From a virus (taxonomy: Duplodnaviria > Caudoviricetes), in the IMG/VR virus record IMGVR_UViG_3300024272_002379: 64,000 nucleotides of DNA, one strand, 5' to 3'. The position numbers and the translations under genes were made by a program. Positions 21,927 through 33,125 of the stretch are shown one piece after another. Under the pieces are notes generated by a model that did no database searches, was not told the DNA's origin, and saw nothing but the letters and a program-made list of their open reading frames with translations. Each line of letters starts with the position of its first letter. The stretch's first letter is position 1.

Positions 21927-22998
21927 CTTCTACACCTCCAGTCGTAACTTGAATCAGATTGCCACTTCTGAGCGTTTCAAGGAATTCTAATTCTTCCACT
22001 TCATCTATATTTACAGGAGTAAATATAACATAAGTTACGTCATAATAAGCATCATACACAACAGTCCATTTACCGTCCACTGTTTCATGTGCGTATTCCT
22101 CATGTTCTTCATCAAAACTTTCACCATAGACATAGCAATCATCTAATTTAAGTCTATTTTCATCAACTTTCCCTTTTATTTTAATATAAATAATATTCGT
22201 TTTCAAGTTATTATTTATACTGTCATCAGCAGGGAAAAACTCAAGAACTTCAATAGGCTCCTCTAATCCATCAAGAAACTCTTCAAGATGTATAATTTCT
22301 GGTGTATCCTGTTCCGAAACCACTGCATCTGTGATTTCTTTTATAAATATTTGATGGACATTACTCCATTCACCATTCTCACTTTTAACCCTTACATGAT
22401 ACATTCCTTCTTTAGCGTTAAAGCTAGGAGTGTACTTCATATTGTCTTCTATCTTATTGCCAGGAATTATCTCGTTACACAACAAAAGCTCGAAAGTATT
22501 ACTCTTTGAAATCTGGAATACATAAGACTCAGAGCATTGGTTCTTCCATACAAATTCAGGAATTGCATTTACAATACTTCCGTATTTTGGTGAAATGATT
22601 TCACATCTTGGGAAGCTTGCAATTGATTCTGTATAGAAGCAAGACACATGCTTCTTAATCATTTTGTTTCCAGTAATATCAGTGATACCATCGCTTAACA
22701 TTACCACATAACAGGTATCTGTATGGAATGGTTCGTTAGGCGTATAAGTAAGGACCTTATCGTTATACGATATAGAACCCTTAACAACACTGTATTGCGA
22801 ATAATCTTTCAAGCTATTGATATTTTTATATATTTTGTTGTAGTCTTCAAGAACGACAATATTCTTTACGAAGCTTGCAGGGTTAATATCAGCACTAAAC
22901 TTAATTTCTATACTTGAATGTACATTTATATTGTTAGTCTGGTTACTAGGAGATACTTCCAACACTCTTAAACCAATCGTTTCATTGTTGTTGTTCAT
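21916..22998 (-). CDS. Ig-like (Big_5/SbsA-type) domain virion protein
   Basis: VLEVSPSNQTNNINVHSSIEIKFSADINPAS...LTYTPNEPF...Y.V.LSDGITDITGN. Confidence 0.7.
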   Translation of the reverse strand: MNNNNETIGLRVLEVSPSNQTNNINVHSSIEIKFSADINPASFVKNIVVLEDYNKIYKNINSLKDYSQYSVVKGSISYNDKVLTYTPNEPFHTDTCYVVMLSDGITDITGNKMIKKHVSCFYTESIASFPRCEIISPKYGSIVNAIPEFVWKNQCSESYVFQISKSNTFELLLCNEIIPGNKIEDNMKYTPSFNAKEGMYHVRVKSENGEWSNVHQIFIKEITDAVVSEQDTPEIIHLEEFLDGLEEPIEVLEFFPADDSINNNLKTNIIYIKIKGKVDENRLKLDDCYVYGESFDEEHEEYAHETVDGKWTVVYDAYYDVTYVIFTPVNIDEVEELEFLETLRSGNLIQVTTGGVEGEN

Positions 22999-23015
22999 AT
23001 CTTCACCCTCTATTT

Positions 23016-23384
23016 TTATTCAGCATCTTCTTTGGCTTTTTTGCCTTTTTTAGCTGCTGGTTTTTCTTCTACAGGAGCTTCCTGTTCAGCTTTATTATCG
23101 CTTACTTTTTCTGGTTCAGAACTTTTCTGTTCTGGGGCTTTTGCTTCCTGAGCAGGTTTCTTCTCTTCAGCAGTTTTAGCCTGCTTGCCCTTAACTGTAC
23201 CTGTTTTAATGTCGATTACTCCATCAACATCCAAGACTGTTTCAGCTTTAAGAGCCTTTAAAATAGCAGGAGTAACCTCGTTGGCATAACCAACGGGGCT
23301 ACTCACTGTTAAATGCAATCTTGAAACAGGACAGAAGAAAGCATAGTTATTAAATTTACGAGTATTTAACGCTAATTTGAACAT
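23016..23384 (-). CDS. small head-associated protein with Lys/Glu/Pro-rich tail
   Basis: 122 aa directly downstream of major capsid gene. Confidence 0.55.
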   Translation of the reverse strand: MFKLALNTRKFNNYAFFCPVSRLHLTVSSPVGYANEVTPAILKALKAETVLDVDGVIDIKTGTVKGKQAKTAEEKKPAQEAKAPEQKSSEPEKVSDNKAEQEAPVEEKPAAKKGKKAKEDAE

Positions 23385-23407
23385 CTGCTTTTCCCCCTGT
23401 TCTTATA

Positions 23408-24583
23408 TTACGGATTTAAGATGATTGTTCTTTCTGGTGTAGCGTAAGACTTAGCCATGCTAATATTCTTAGCTGAGCAGATTGCACGACCTTCATTATA
23501 TGTACCGAAACCGTAACGTTCGATAACTTTAACGTTGTTAAGGTCACGAGATGGGTCTCTGAACTCTTCTGTCTTTAACTCATCTTTAACAATCTGAACA
23601 CCAACGTTGTTTGCGTCAACACAGAACATATCGAATGTCTTGCCAACTCTGTCGATAGGAGCAAATGGAGAAAGATTAACATTGAACGAGAATGGTAATC
23701 TACCCTGAATGCTTTCTGGTCCTAACTTGAACTGAGCATTAGGCATTTCTCTCTTTGTCTCACGGTCAAATGGAGCTGTAAGAGAACCTGTTAAACCGTT
23801 ACGTGCAAATACTGTCCAAACGAGTGGATGCATGATAAGGTCTGTAGGTGTGTATTCATTGTTGTAAACAGCAATGATGATATCAAGTAAGTCGTCGATA
23901 CTCATTGTATCGTTTAAATTACCCTGGAAGTCAAGACCTGTTGTACCTGCTTCTGGGATTTGAGCTCTTAACTTGTTATCAAAAACTGTCCAGCCATGAC
24001 GTAACCATTCGTCAAAAGCTTTCTGTTCTTTTAAGCGTGCCATTGCACGACCAGCTTCCTGTAATAATACAGAGATAAGGTCAAATTCTAAATCAGACTG
24101 AAGTTCATCAGAGTACTGGATTCTTACACCACTCTTACCAACGTGGATAAGAGAATTTTTGTGTAACTGCCAGTCAACTGTTTCTTCTGGAATTTCCTGA
24201 CCTTCGGCTACGTCATGAGCTCTCATAACACCGATGGATGGGAACATTACCGCCTGACCATTTTTAAGACGAATTTTCTTATAGAATTTTGATGCTAAAT
24301 ATACAGGGTCTGCTGCCTGTCTCATTGTACCGATGATTACTCTAGGAATCAAAACTTTAGCTGAAGGAGATGCTAAGAAGTCCTTAAAGTTAAAGCCTGG
24401 TACATTTTTGCCGTCAAGAACATCACCGAAAGCTTTGAATACTTTTTCATCGCTATCAGTAAGCTGATACTGGTCTAATTCAGCATCTGTAAGACTTTGG
24501 CCTTTTTCTAATTTATCTTGTAATTCTTTCTGGAGAGAGGCATTTGCCTGCTCCATCTGGTCTAAAATGTTTACTAATGCCAT
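23408..24583 (-). CDS. major capsid protein (HK97 fold)
   Basis: 391 aa; AHDVAEGQEIPE, KSGVRIQYSDEL, AGRAMARLKEQKAF, PTDLIMHPLVW, IERYGFG motifs; position after protease. Confidence 0.85.
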   Translation of the reverse strand: MALVNILDQMEQANASLQKELQDKLEKGQSLTDAELDQYQLTDSDEKVFKAFGDVLDGKNVPGFNFKDFLASPSAKVLIPRVIIGTMRQAADPVYLASKFYKKIRLKNGQAVMFPSIGVMRAHDVAEGQEIPEETVDWQLHKNSLIHVGKSGVRIQYSDELQSDLEFDLISVLLQEAGRAMARLKEQKAFDEWLRHGWTVFDNKLRAQIPEAGTTGLDFQGNLNDTMSIDDLLDIIIAVYNNEYTPTDLIMHPLVWTVFARNGLTGSLTAPFDRETKREMPNAQFKLGPESIQGRLPFSFNVNLSPFAPIDRVGKTFDMFCVDANNVGVQIVKDELKTEEFRDPSRDLNNVKVIERYGFGTYNEGRAICSAKNISMAKSYATPERTIILNP

Positions 24584-24609
24584 TTTATATTCCTCCTATT
24601 TTTAATACC

Positions 24610-24631
24610 GCTGCCTCAATTAAGAGGCAGC
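24610..24631. terminator. intergenic hairpin upstream of capsid gene
   Basis: GCTGCCTC-AATTAA-GAGGCAGC. Confidence 0.4.
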
Positions 24632-24638
24632 TTGTTTA

Positions 24639-25835
24639 TTATTTCTTAAGCAGAACATACATAGCACCCTGAACACCCTTGAAATCAGCCCAAGATGGAG
24701 TTCCATAGTGAAGTGCCTTGTAAGTTGCAGTTACTGTCTTACCAGCATCTGCTGCTGTCATTGCTACAGAGATAAGACCTTTCTGGTAATTGATTGTTAC
24801 TCTATCAGCAGGTACTTCAACGTTGTCAATCTTAACAACAACGCCATTCTGAAGATTTGCTAATTTACCACCAGCAAAGTCAACAGCCTGGAACTGCATG
24901 ATTGTACCATCGCTGATACCTAATGTAACAGTACCAATTTCCATATTGGTGTACTCTGTATCATTCTTACCGAAGCCATCATAGTTACCAGAACCGTCAT
25001 GTAAACCAACGATACCTGTAGGATTGTTGATAAGTCTTGACTGGTAATTCTGGAAGATTGTATTGCCTTCAGCGTAACCTGGGTCAAATGGATATCCTTC
25101 ATCAGAAGGTAAGTTAGAAACACCTGAACGGTTGATGAACTGGTCATCATCTTTGAGATACTGTTCTTCCCATAACATCCATTTCAACCAGCCTGTAGGC
25201 TCAGCGTTAAGGTCTGATGCAAGAACCTGACCAACGATTTCATGAGGAGCGTCTGTACCTGGAATCCATTTTGTTAAACGTCCTGATGGTGTAGCTTTTA
25301 AGTAATCACCATTCTGACATTCGCCAATAACAGCACCCCAAGGCATTCTGTTATCAACTGTAAGTTCCTGTTCCTCTTTTAATACGCCAGTTACGTCGTA
25401 TGTAGTCTGAGCTGTAAAGCCAGGCATGTATGGTAACTGAACATAGTCAAGAGTGATGATTGATGGCTGATTACCACCAAATCTGTCCATTTGGAACCAA
25501 TCTTTTGTAAAGTTGTATGGAGCCATACCGATTGTGTTTGCATTTAATGCAAGACCTGGTAATGTAATAGATGCCAAGAATTTCTTTGAAACATAATCTT
25601 TAACTGATGCACCAACGCCGACAACACGACCCTTTGGAATAACTACTTCATCCATACCAGGACCGCCATATTGGTAGTTGAATAATACACCATCTTTAAA
25701 GATGCTGCTCATTTTCTTGTCTAAGAACTGTGGGTCAAGAATCCATTTCTCTGCTGGTGACATATGACCAGAACGTACTAACGCTGTATGAGAACGTGAA
25801 CCCTGTTGGTTTTCATAACCTCTAAATAAAGCCAT
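24639..25835 (-). CDS. putative head decoration/minor capsid protein
   Basis: 398 aa between scaffold and capsid; VVIPKGRVV and GDYLKATPSGRL...IVGQVL cement-protein-like motifs. Confidence 0.55.
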   Translation of the reverse strand: MALFRGYENQQGSRSHTALVRSGHMSPAEKWILDPQFLDKKMSSIFKDGVLFNYQYGGPGMDEVVIPKGRVVGVGASVKDYVSKKFLASITLPGLALNANTIGMAPYNFTKDWFQMDRFGGNQPSIITLDYVQLPYMPGFTAQTTYDVTGVLKEEQELTVDNRMPWGAVIGECQNGDYLKATPSGRLTKWIPGTDAPHEIVGQVLASDLNAEPTGWLKWMLWEEQYLKDDDQFINRSGVSNLPSDEGYPFDPGYAEGNTIFQNYQSRLINNPTGIVGLHDGSGNYDGFGKNDTEYTNMEIGTVTLGISDGTIMQFQAVDFAGGKLANLQNGVVVKIDNVEVPADRVTINYQKGLISVAMTAADAGKTVTATYKALHYGTPSWADFKGVQGAMYVLLKK

Positions 25836-25852
25836 CTTTTTTTCCTCCTTTA

Positions 25853-27325
25853 TTATTTAAACAACTTACCAACAATGTCATTTGCAAAGTCGTCTACGGT
25901 CTTCTTTGCGTTGCTGTCAGTAGTTTTTTGTTTATTAGCATCGGCAGAGCCGTTACTATCTTTGTTATCGTCCACTTTCACTGGACTTGCTACCTGTGCA
26001 GGTGTGCGTGGAGCTTTGGAATCTGCTGCATCTTTCTGGAGTTCACTTAACTCTTTCATAGACATTGCAACCAATTCCTCTTTACGAGAATCCTTATTCT
26101 CTTCTGTTAAAGAACCTGCTGTGAGCTCTTTAACGATAATGCTATCAGCTACTAATTCTTTATTGGCTACTGCAAGTGTATGACATTTTTCTTTCATGTC
26201 ATTAGCCTCTGTCTGAGCTGCTGTTAATTCCTCTTTTGCTTTTTCAAGAGCATCTTTTGTCTCTGTTAATTCTGCTTCAAGAGATTCATTTTTAGCAGTT
26301 GCATCAGCTAATTGCTGTTTTAACTGTTCTAATTCCTCATTAGAATCATTCACCTGTGAATCAGTTTCTGGTGTTTTGCTGTCATCTACAGTTCCTTCTG
26401 GTGTTTTATCATCACCTTCTGGAGTTTGTGGTTCTTGCGAATCTGTAGTTGACGCTGTTGCATTACCTAATAACTGGTCAATCATATCACAAACGCTTTT
26501 CTTTACATTTTCAGCGTTCTGGTTTTTGTCAGTATTAGTTCCAGCCATTGCGTTTTCCTCCTTATTATCCTTTTTCTCATTACTGTCTGTTACAACAGTA
26601 ACTTTTATAATTTGTGCAAAGTCATCAGCAGGATTATTAACTGTAGATACCTCATGATATTCAATATCTTTGGCACCCCAGTAACATATCTGGTCTTTGT
26701 ATGTTTCTCCTCGCCAATGTCCACAGAATTTAAATTTACCGTCCTTTAGGATGGTTTTGCCACAAACGTTACATGTGACAGTACCCATTGTTCCACCAAT
26801 ACTTACTGTACCATAACGTCCATCAAGGAACTTAGGAATTGCATCCTGGTCTGTGATTCTTGTTTTTAAATGAATAGCACTTCTTTCATCTGTTAATTGA
26901 GATGGTCCATGCCAAGCTTGAGTAATACGACCAAGTGGCTCTCCACTATAATCATTATGATTTTTTAATACTGGTTTCTTAAAAGGATTAACGAATGATT
27001 CAGCGTCTTTCTCCATGCTGTCTTCATAATATATACAGTAATTATGATTCTTACCAGAATGGGTAGCTTCCATTTCGACATCAAGAGCAAGTACCTGAGT
27101 TTTACCAGATGCCATGTCTTTCAATAATTGCATTGAATCAATGACTTGTCCATTCTGGTCTACATATTCAACGTCGTGAACTTTTTGTACTCTATTCTTT
27201 ATACCGTCAGTGATGGAAGCAGATGAATTTTCACCTAAATCACCGTTAATATCACAAATTTTAGACACATCTACGGAAAAGCTTTTTCCGTTAGCGTCTG
27301 TAACTTGTTGAATTACATCTGCCAT
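25853..27325 (-). CDS. prohead protease fused to scaffold
   Basis: N-terminal ATHSG..N, PVLKNH...PLGRI, DGRYGTVSIG, YHEVSTVNNPAD; acidic coiled-coil C-terminus; internal AAGGAGG-ATG (MAGTNT) could give a separate scaffold. Confidence 0.8.
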   Translation of the reverse strand: MADVIQQVTDANGKSFSVDVSKICDINGDLGENSSASITDGIKNRVQKVHDVEYVDQNGQVIDSMQLLKDMASGKTQVLALDVEMEATHSGKNHNYCIYYEDSMEKDAESFVNPFKKPVLKNHNDYSGEPLGRITQAWHGPSQLTDERSAIHLKTRITDQDAIPKFLDGRYGTVSIGGTMGTVTCNVCGKTILKDGKFKFCGHWRGETYKDQICYWGAKDIEYHEVSTVNNPADDFAQIIKVTVVTDSNEKKDNKEENAMAGTNTDKNQNAENVKKSVCDMIDQLLGNATASTTDSQEPQTPEGDDKTPEGTVDDSKTPETDSQVNDSNEELEQLKQQLADATAKNESLEAELTETKDALEKAKEELTAAQTEANDMKEKCHTLAVANKELVADSIIVKELTAGSLTEENKDSRKEELVAMSMKELSELQKDAADSKAPRTPAQVASPVKVDDNKDSNGSADANKQKTTDSNAKKTVDDFANDIVGKLFK

Positions 27326-27326
27326 T

Positions 27327-29201
27327 TTAGGAACTCCTTTCCACCAACTGCGTTTGCAGTGATTTATAATTTGTTAAGTATTTAATTAAAGAGTCCTTAT
27401 AAATACTTATTCGGACATCTATAATATCAATAATTGAAGATTCCGTATTAGCAAATGTATTCATACCAACCATATCGCTATGTATTTGATTTGCCAAACG
27501 AGCTGACATGTTTGCTATTTTATTTTTTATATCTTCTGTATTGTCGGAACTTCTTGAGATAGTGTATAACATTTCTTTGTTACAAGCAACTATTTTTTCA
27601 TTCAATTTCGTTTGTAATATCTGTGTATCAGTTGCAAAACATTCTTTAATGTAATTATCTATTGAATTTTCCATATTGTCAATAGAATCCTTAACTAAAC
27701 CAATGGTTTTTGGGTCTAAACTATCTTTTTTACTTGAAGATTTCTTGTTTCCTGTACCACCAGAAGTTTTGCCACCTTGGTTTTTCTGTTTATTGTTTGT
27801 TTCACCAGTACCTTGCTGCTTAGCAGCTTCTTTTTGAGCCTGTAAATTAAGCTCTGCTTCAAGTCTAAGATTTTCTCTAGTAATAAGCTCAACAAACATT
27901 TTTTCTCTATCACCATCAGGAATTGGGTCTTTACCGAGTTCATCACGCATTTCATCTTCTGTGATAGCGTTATGTTCGTATTTGTAAATTGCATGAACCT
28001 CTTTCTTAATCATTACGTCAACTTCATTGTCATTGAACTTGAATTCAACAGCTTGGTCTGGATTAAGAACAGGGTCATAACCACCTTCCATGAGAAGTTC
28101 TTTTATAATGAAAGAGTTAAAGAACATTTCTATAACTCTACAGATAGCTCTTATTCTATCAGCCATTTCTGATGTCATATTATCGCCAGTGGAACGATTT
28201 GCTGTATTACCACGACCAAACATGATTTCAGGAATACCCATACCAGAAAATACTCTGGCTTCCATATATTTAAGATACGGTTCTGCATCTATAACTTTAT
28301 CAGAAGCAATTGGAGTGATTTTAACTCTTTCGGTAGTAACCAATCCACCTTCCACATCCATACCATCTAAGGCTGTCTTTAACTGGTCTACTTCTTTTGA
28401 TGTACCAGTTTGTTCTTCTGTACCAACAGCTATATGATAAAATGGATAGATGTTACGATACATCATCTTAAGAACATTTTCTTCCGCTTGTCTTAATGCC
28501 CTTACGTCATCAAGTACTGGGATTAAAAAACTTGTTCCGTAAGCATTCCCCTTTTCACGCTTATAATAGAAGTGGACCACATCTTCTGGAGAAAATGTTT
28601 GAGTACCTCCATCATTATCCTGTTGCCATTCGGTTATTGTTCCGTACTCGTCTCGTTTACATTTCATTGTAACTGGATTAGCACAAAAATAACCAACTAC
28701 TGGGTCTTTACCGTACAAACCTGTTACAGTTGTGCCTTGAGGTAAAGCATTTTGGTCGCTATTTCTTGCTTTAACAATCATACAGTTACCGTATTTTACA
28801 ACGTCTTCGGCTATATCCATGAGCAACTGATTTGTTGGAGTATTACTTGCCTCTGCGATATAAGCAAGTCTAAGTTTTAAGTATTCTACAGCATTTGAAT
28901 CTGTACCGTAAAAACTATAGCCTTCCTTAAATATCTGGTCTACGTATTTATCAACGCCTTGCCGTATGTAAGAGTCGGTATTGTATCCGTTTTGTATGTC
29001 GGCAAGGTCAAAATCTGGGTCTTCAAAGTCAGTATCATTATTTTCTTTGTATGTAACCCTTTTGACAAATTCAGATGCTAACTCTCTACCAGCACCACCG
29101 CCGCTTCCTGATGCATCCTTTTCAATTCCAGATACGGGCAATAATTCTTTAAAGAATCTTTTGGCTACGAACATTTTAATTCGATTCATATATTTCACCA
29201 T
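27327..29201 (-). CDS. portal protein
   Basis: YGNCMIVK, EDVVHFYYKREKGNAYGTSFLIPVLDD, GIPEIMFG, ITEDEMRDELG; position between terminase and protease. Confidence 0.85.
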   Translation of the reverse strand: MVKYMNRIKMFVAKRFFKELLPVSGIEKDASGSGGGAGRELASEFVKRVTYKENNDTDFEDPDFDLADIQNGYNTDSYIRQGVDKYVDQIFKEGYSFYGTDSNAVEYLKLRLAYIAEASNTPTNQLLMDIAEDVVKYGNCMIVKARNSDQNALPQGTTVTGLYGKDPVVGYFCANPVTMKCKRDEYGTITEWQQDNDGGTQTFSPEDVVHFYYKREKGNAYGTSFLIPVLDDVRALRQAEENVLKMMYRNIYPFYHIAVGTEEQTGTSKEVDQLKTALDGMDVEGGLVTTERVKITPIASDKVIDAEPYLKYMEARVFSGMGIPEIMFGRGNTANRSTGDNMTSEMADRIRAICRVIEMFFNSFIIKELLMEGGYDPVLNPDQAVEFKFNDNEVDVMIKKEVHAIYKYEHNAITEDEMRDELGKDPIPDGDREKMFVELITRENLRLEAELNLQAQKEAAKQQGTGETNNKQKNQGGKTSGGTGNKKSSSKKDSLDPKTIGLVKDSIDNMENSIDNYIKECFATDTQILQTKLNEKIVACNKEMLYTISRSSDNTEDIKNKIANMSARLANQIHSDMVGMNTFANTESSIIDIIDVRISIYKDSLIKYLTNYKSLQTQLVERSS

Positions 29202-29227
29202 CCCGCCTTAATTTATAATATACTTCG

Positions 29228-30265
29228 TCAATTCTGCGAATTGTAGTTAAAACTAGCGTAAATATTCATTAAAAAATGCTTTTCTTGTTCTAAACTAGCT
29301 ACTTCTGATAAAAAGTGTTGATTTCCAACAAATGTTCTATTGATATTAGTAACTGCATTGTCCAGATGTTTTTTGCATTTTTCGATTTTACTTCCTATGA
29401 AGACAGATTCTTGATTCTCACTAAATATATCATATAGAGCAATTATTTTTTGTCGTTCAATATAATAATTGTATAATGTTTTCTGCATTATTTCAACACT
29501 TTGTTGCTCTCTATATGAAGCTTTTCGATATTCTATTTCTTCATTTACCTCTTCAAAAAGCTTTTTTATTAGTGATGCTTTTGATGGATTCGTAGAAGAA
29601 TCCTCTAATTTAGTTACAACATTTGCCATATCTATTGCTTTTTTATTTATACCAAAAGCATACATTGATACGGAGCGACTTAAAAGCGAGTCATACGATA
29701 TACTTAGATAATTTATTTTCTGAGTATCATTACTTGTCTCATATGATTGCATTTTTTGCAAATAAGCATTGTCGATACTTTGTACTTCTTCTAATGTAAG
29801 ATTTGAATTACCATAACATAACTCCTTAAGGGTTTCTTGCAATGATTCAAGCCTCTGTTCTGTATTATGTATTGCACCGATTAATTCAGGAACGATACTG
29901 CCTGTAATATTGTTTTTATGATATTCAATAAAATTGTTAATATATTCTTCATTGCCACTTTCGATAGCACTTAAAAATGAAGATATTTCACCATACTGAC
30001 TCCAATTTCCATTTTTAAATGAAGTTGCCAATTTATCAATTAACGTTTTCATACTATTTATAGCATAATCAATATTAACAAGAGCATTACTAGGAAGATT
30101 ATTTGCAAAACTATTTAAAGTTTTACTGTACTTTACCTTTCCAGAATAATCAGTAGCAGAGGAGGTGTCTAACACTTGCTCCTCTGCGTTATTGCTCTTT
30201 TTATATTCTAACGTAGGTTTATATCCGATGACTGCTCCGCTGTCTTCAAGCTGATTTATACCCAT
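29228..30265 (-). CDS. hypothetical helical protein between terminase and portal
   Basis: 345 aa coupled to terminase stop. Confidence 0.6.
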   Translation of the reverse strand: MGINQLEDSGAVIGYKPTLEYKKSNNAEEQVLDTSSATDYSGKVKYSKTLNSFANNLPSNALVNIDYAINSMKTLIDKLATSFKNGNWSQYGEISSFLSAIESGNEEYINNFIEYHKNNITGSIVPELIGAIHNTEQRLESLQETLKELCYGNSNLTLEEVQSIDNAYLQKMQSYETSNDTQKINYLSISYDSLLSRSVSMYAFGINKKAIDMANVVTKLEDSSTNPSKASLIKKLFEEVNEEIEYRKASYREQQSVEIMQKTLYNYYIERQKIIALYDIFSENQESVFIGSKIEKCKKHLDNAVTNINRTFVGNQHFLSEVASLEQEKHFLMNIYASFNYNSQN

Positions 30266-32169
30266 TAGAATTTCCTCCTCTGATATGTGCTGGCTCTTTT
30301 GTTAACAGTCTGATTACTAAAATTAGTTACTCCAATAATTCCATAAGTACTACTTGGAGCAAATGAGCCAAATAACTTTTCTTCGTCTTCGTCAAATGCA
30401 CGACTCTTAACATCAACATCACGGTTATCAAGTGTTCCGATGAATACTGTCTTTATTGAGAAAACTTTCTTTAAGAGAGTACCATATTTCTGTTCAAATA
30501 TCAATAATGCCAAATTCATTGAGTCAATAGCATGTTCATTTTCATCAGTATACTGAGGCAAGCCTGATGAACTAATAGATTTAACACGATACTCTTCAAG
30601 CTGTTGAATCATGGTTTTATCCTTAGGGTCAAGAACAATCTTGCCTTTTTCAAATAGATTAACTGAATTGTTAACCATAAATGGTTTAAGATGTTTTTGG
30701 TCTTTCTTTCGAGTATATGGGTCAGTTACTTCAATTTTTTGTGAGAACTGATAACCAATAACTTTATCAGCAAGTCCTGTTTCTGGATGTTCTTCACCAT
30801 ATTTATGAAGCATTTCAAGCTGAACTTCACCATAACCACGGTCAATTGCTATCCAATCGAATTTATATTCATCATTTAATTCGATAATTTTATTCATTGC
30901 ATTTACATATGTAAATTCTGAACGAGCAATTTCTATACGGAATAACATTTTGAAGATAGGTACGATACGACCTTCTGCATCTTGATGGAACCTATCAAAT
31001 TCCATACATACCATATTGGTAGCCGCTGCATATTTATCCCAGTCAACACCAAGAATTCTGATACACTGACCCTGAGTACGCTTAAGATATGATTCTCTGT
31101 CTTCTGGAGCCCATTTAGTAATGTATCTATATTTAAGTCTTTCACCTTCCATAATGGCTTGCTGAATGTATTTCTTCTGGTATACACCGAGTTCTTCTTC
31201 ACCAAACTCAGCCATAACTTCTTGGACATAACGCATTTCAGATAATTCATCTCGAATGTCTTCAAGATATGTCTGTAATGTATCAGGGTTCATCTTAAGA
31301 AGTTCTTTATTAACGTTTGAAGGGGCATAGATTTCAGTCCAACCATTACCTTCACCAACGGCTTTTTCTTCTATCTGATATCCACTAAATCTATTGTTCT
31401 TAATGTCTTCCTGTGTAGGGAAATACTTTTTAGAAGCACCAGTACACCAACGATAATACTCTTCATGTTTACCAGATGGTGTTGAGGCACAAATAAGTCG
31501 AATACGTTCAGGAGCTTCGTTACGAATATTAAGGATATTAGTAACCTGACTAGAACCTATGTAATCACATTCATCAAGGATAATAACATCGGCACGCTGA
31601 CCACGAGTAGAATTCGCTCCGCCAGATGCATTGTTAGCACCAGCAGTAAGTCCTAATATATTGGAAGTAACTCCATTAATATTAAAACAAATATTATGAT
31701 GAACGTCTCTTGAGAGTAATCCCATAAGTAATGGAGATATTTCTATTAACTGATGAAGACGCTTAAAAATTAAGTCAATCTGTGTCTCATATGGTGTTGC
31801 AATGATAATATCATATTGATTATTTGGACCTTTATTATATTGCGTGTATGCAAACCAGAGAATCAATACGCACATATCGTCTGTTTTTCCAAGACGACGA
31901 CCCAATCTGAGTACTAATTTCTTGGATTTTTTACCTTCTGTTAATATAGCAAACTGATAATCTCTTGCTTCCCAGTCTAAGTATACCTTAGCCCAGAGAA
32001 CAGGATTATCAGTTACAATGTATTCAAGAGCTTCATTTTTAGTCATGTTAAAGTTTTTCATGACATAGTTAACTCTTTTATCTAATTGATTATCGAGAGG
32101 GGTGAGTAATTTAATGACCTCATCTAATTGAGCATCATTTAACCCCATTATAGTTTGACTAGCTGCCAT
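30265..32169 (-). CDS. terL: terminase large subunit
   Basis: Walker A LGRRLGKT, Walker B IILDECD, ASTPSG coupling motif, RNase H-like GVDWD, IDRGYG, EHAIDS. Confidence 0.92.
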   Translation of the reverse strand: MAASQTIMGLNDAQLDEVIKLLTPLDNQLDKRVNYVMKNFNMTKNEALEYIVTDNPVLWAKVYLDWEARDYQFAILTEGKKSKKLVLRLGRRLGKTDDMCVLILWFAYTQYNKGPNNQYDIIIATPYETQIDLIFKRLHQLIEISPLLMGLLSRDVHHNICFNINGVTSNILGLTAGANNASGGANSTRGQRADVIILDECDYIGSSQVTNILNIRNEAPERIRLICASTPSGKHEEYYRWCTGASKKYFPTQEDIKNNRFSGYQIEEKAVGEGNGWTEIYAPSNVNKELLKMNPDTLQTYLEDIRDELSEMRYVQEVMAEFGEEELGVYQKKYIQQAIMEGERLKYRYITKWAPEDRESYLKRTQGQCIRILGVDWDKYAAATNMVCMEFDRFHQDAEGRIVPIFKMLFRIEIARSEFTYVNAMNKIIELNDEYKFDWIAIDRGYGEVQLEMLHKYGEEHPETGLADKVIGYQFSQKIEVTDPYTRKKDQKHLKPFMVNNSVNLFEKGKIVLDPKDKTMIQQLEEYRVKSISSSGLPQYTDENEHAIDSMNLALLIFEQKYGTLLKKVFSIKTVFIGTLDNRDVDVKSRAFDEDEEKLFGSFAPSSTYGIIGVTNFSNQTVNKRASTYQRRKF

Positions 32170-32181
32170 ATAGTCTCTCCT

Positions 32182-32700
32182 TTATATAGCACCTCTGTAA
32201 TAAGTACGAGCTTCGTTTCCTAGTACAGATTGTGTATTTAAACCATTACTTCGAATAGCATTCAAGCTACGTTGCCTCATAGTATATCCTGCTTGTGTCA
32301 TTTCAAAATAACCAGAGCCAAGTTTTCCTTTGTTCCTATATGCTTGATTCATTGTTTTGGCTGTATGCTGTGCTGAAGCAGAAATTAATTTAGTACCTGC
32401 CGTTACTCCAATATATGCTGCCATCATGCCAACATTACCAGCAACACCCATCGCTGTACCTAATTTACCAGCACCAAATACTTTTGTTGCAGTATTGGTT
32501 ATTGCAGAACTTGCTCCGCCAAATACAGCTTCACCAAACACAAAAGAACCTGCTGCTTTAGCAACTGAAACAGCTTTGCTATTACCTTGTTCTCTAGCAT
32601 AATTATAATCACCCACAGCTCCAATGACGTTAACTGCGTCGCCAACAAAACTGCCAACATCTAACCCTTGTAACGCTGTTTTAATCATTGCTCCTGCCAT
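32182..32700 (-). CDS. Gly/Ala-rich hypothetical protein
   Basis: 172 aa, hydrophobic GxxxG-type helices. Confidence 0.6.
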   Translation of the reverse strand: MAGAMIKTALQGLDVGSFVGDAVNVIGAVGDYNYAREQGNSKAVSVAKAAGSFVFGEAVFGGASSAITNTATKVFGAGKLGTAMGVAGNVGMMAAYIGVTAGTKLISASAQHTAKTMNQAYRNKGKLGSGYFEMTQAGYTMRQRSLNAIRSNGLNTQSVLGNEARTYYRGAI

Positions 32701-32702
32701 AA

Positions 32703-33125
32703 TTATCTACCTCCCATATTATACAAAGCAGATATGAGTGCTGAATTGGCTCCGTAATCGTCTATTTTTCCCATAATTCCTGGGGATGCTACTACATCAT
32801 CAGCAAGTTCAGAAAATGCGACTGGATTACCTCCAGAAATGCGGCGGATTGCTTGACCAGCACCCGTCCCATGTGGAGCTATTGTACTATGCATATAACT
32901 GGCTGAAACTTTACCTAATGATGCCCTATTGTGTCCTTTAAGTCCCTCATTTGCCAAATTAAAGGCACCCATACCTCCAAAAACAAGGGCGGCTCCTGTG
33001 CCTGTCATTTTTCTTCTCACAAGAAGAGCTGATAGACCACCGCCTCCAGCAACAGTATTTTCTACTGTTAATGCTTTACCTACTCCAATAACTCCATCAG
33101 CAACTTGTTTCATTGTCATTGCCAT
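32703..33125 (-). CDS. Gly/Ala-rich hypothetical protein (start revised to MAMTMK)
   Basis: GGAGGTG SD precedes ATG at 33125. Confidence 0.6.
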   Translation of the reverse strand: MAMTMKQVADGVIGVGKALTVENTVAGGGGLSALLVRRKMTGTGAALVFGGMGAFNLANEGLKGHNRASLGKVSASYMHSTIAPHGTGAGQAIRRISGGNPVAFSELADDVVASPGIMGKIDDYGANSALISALYNMGGR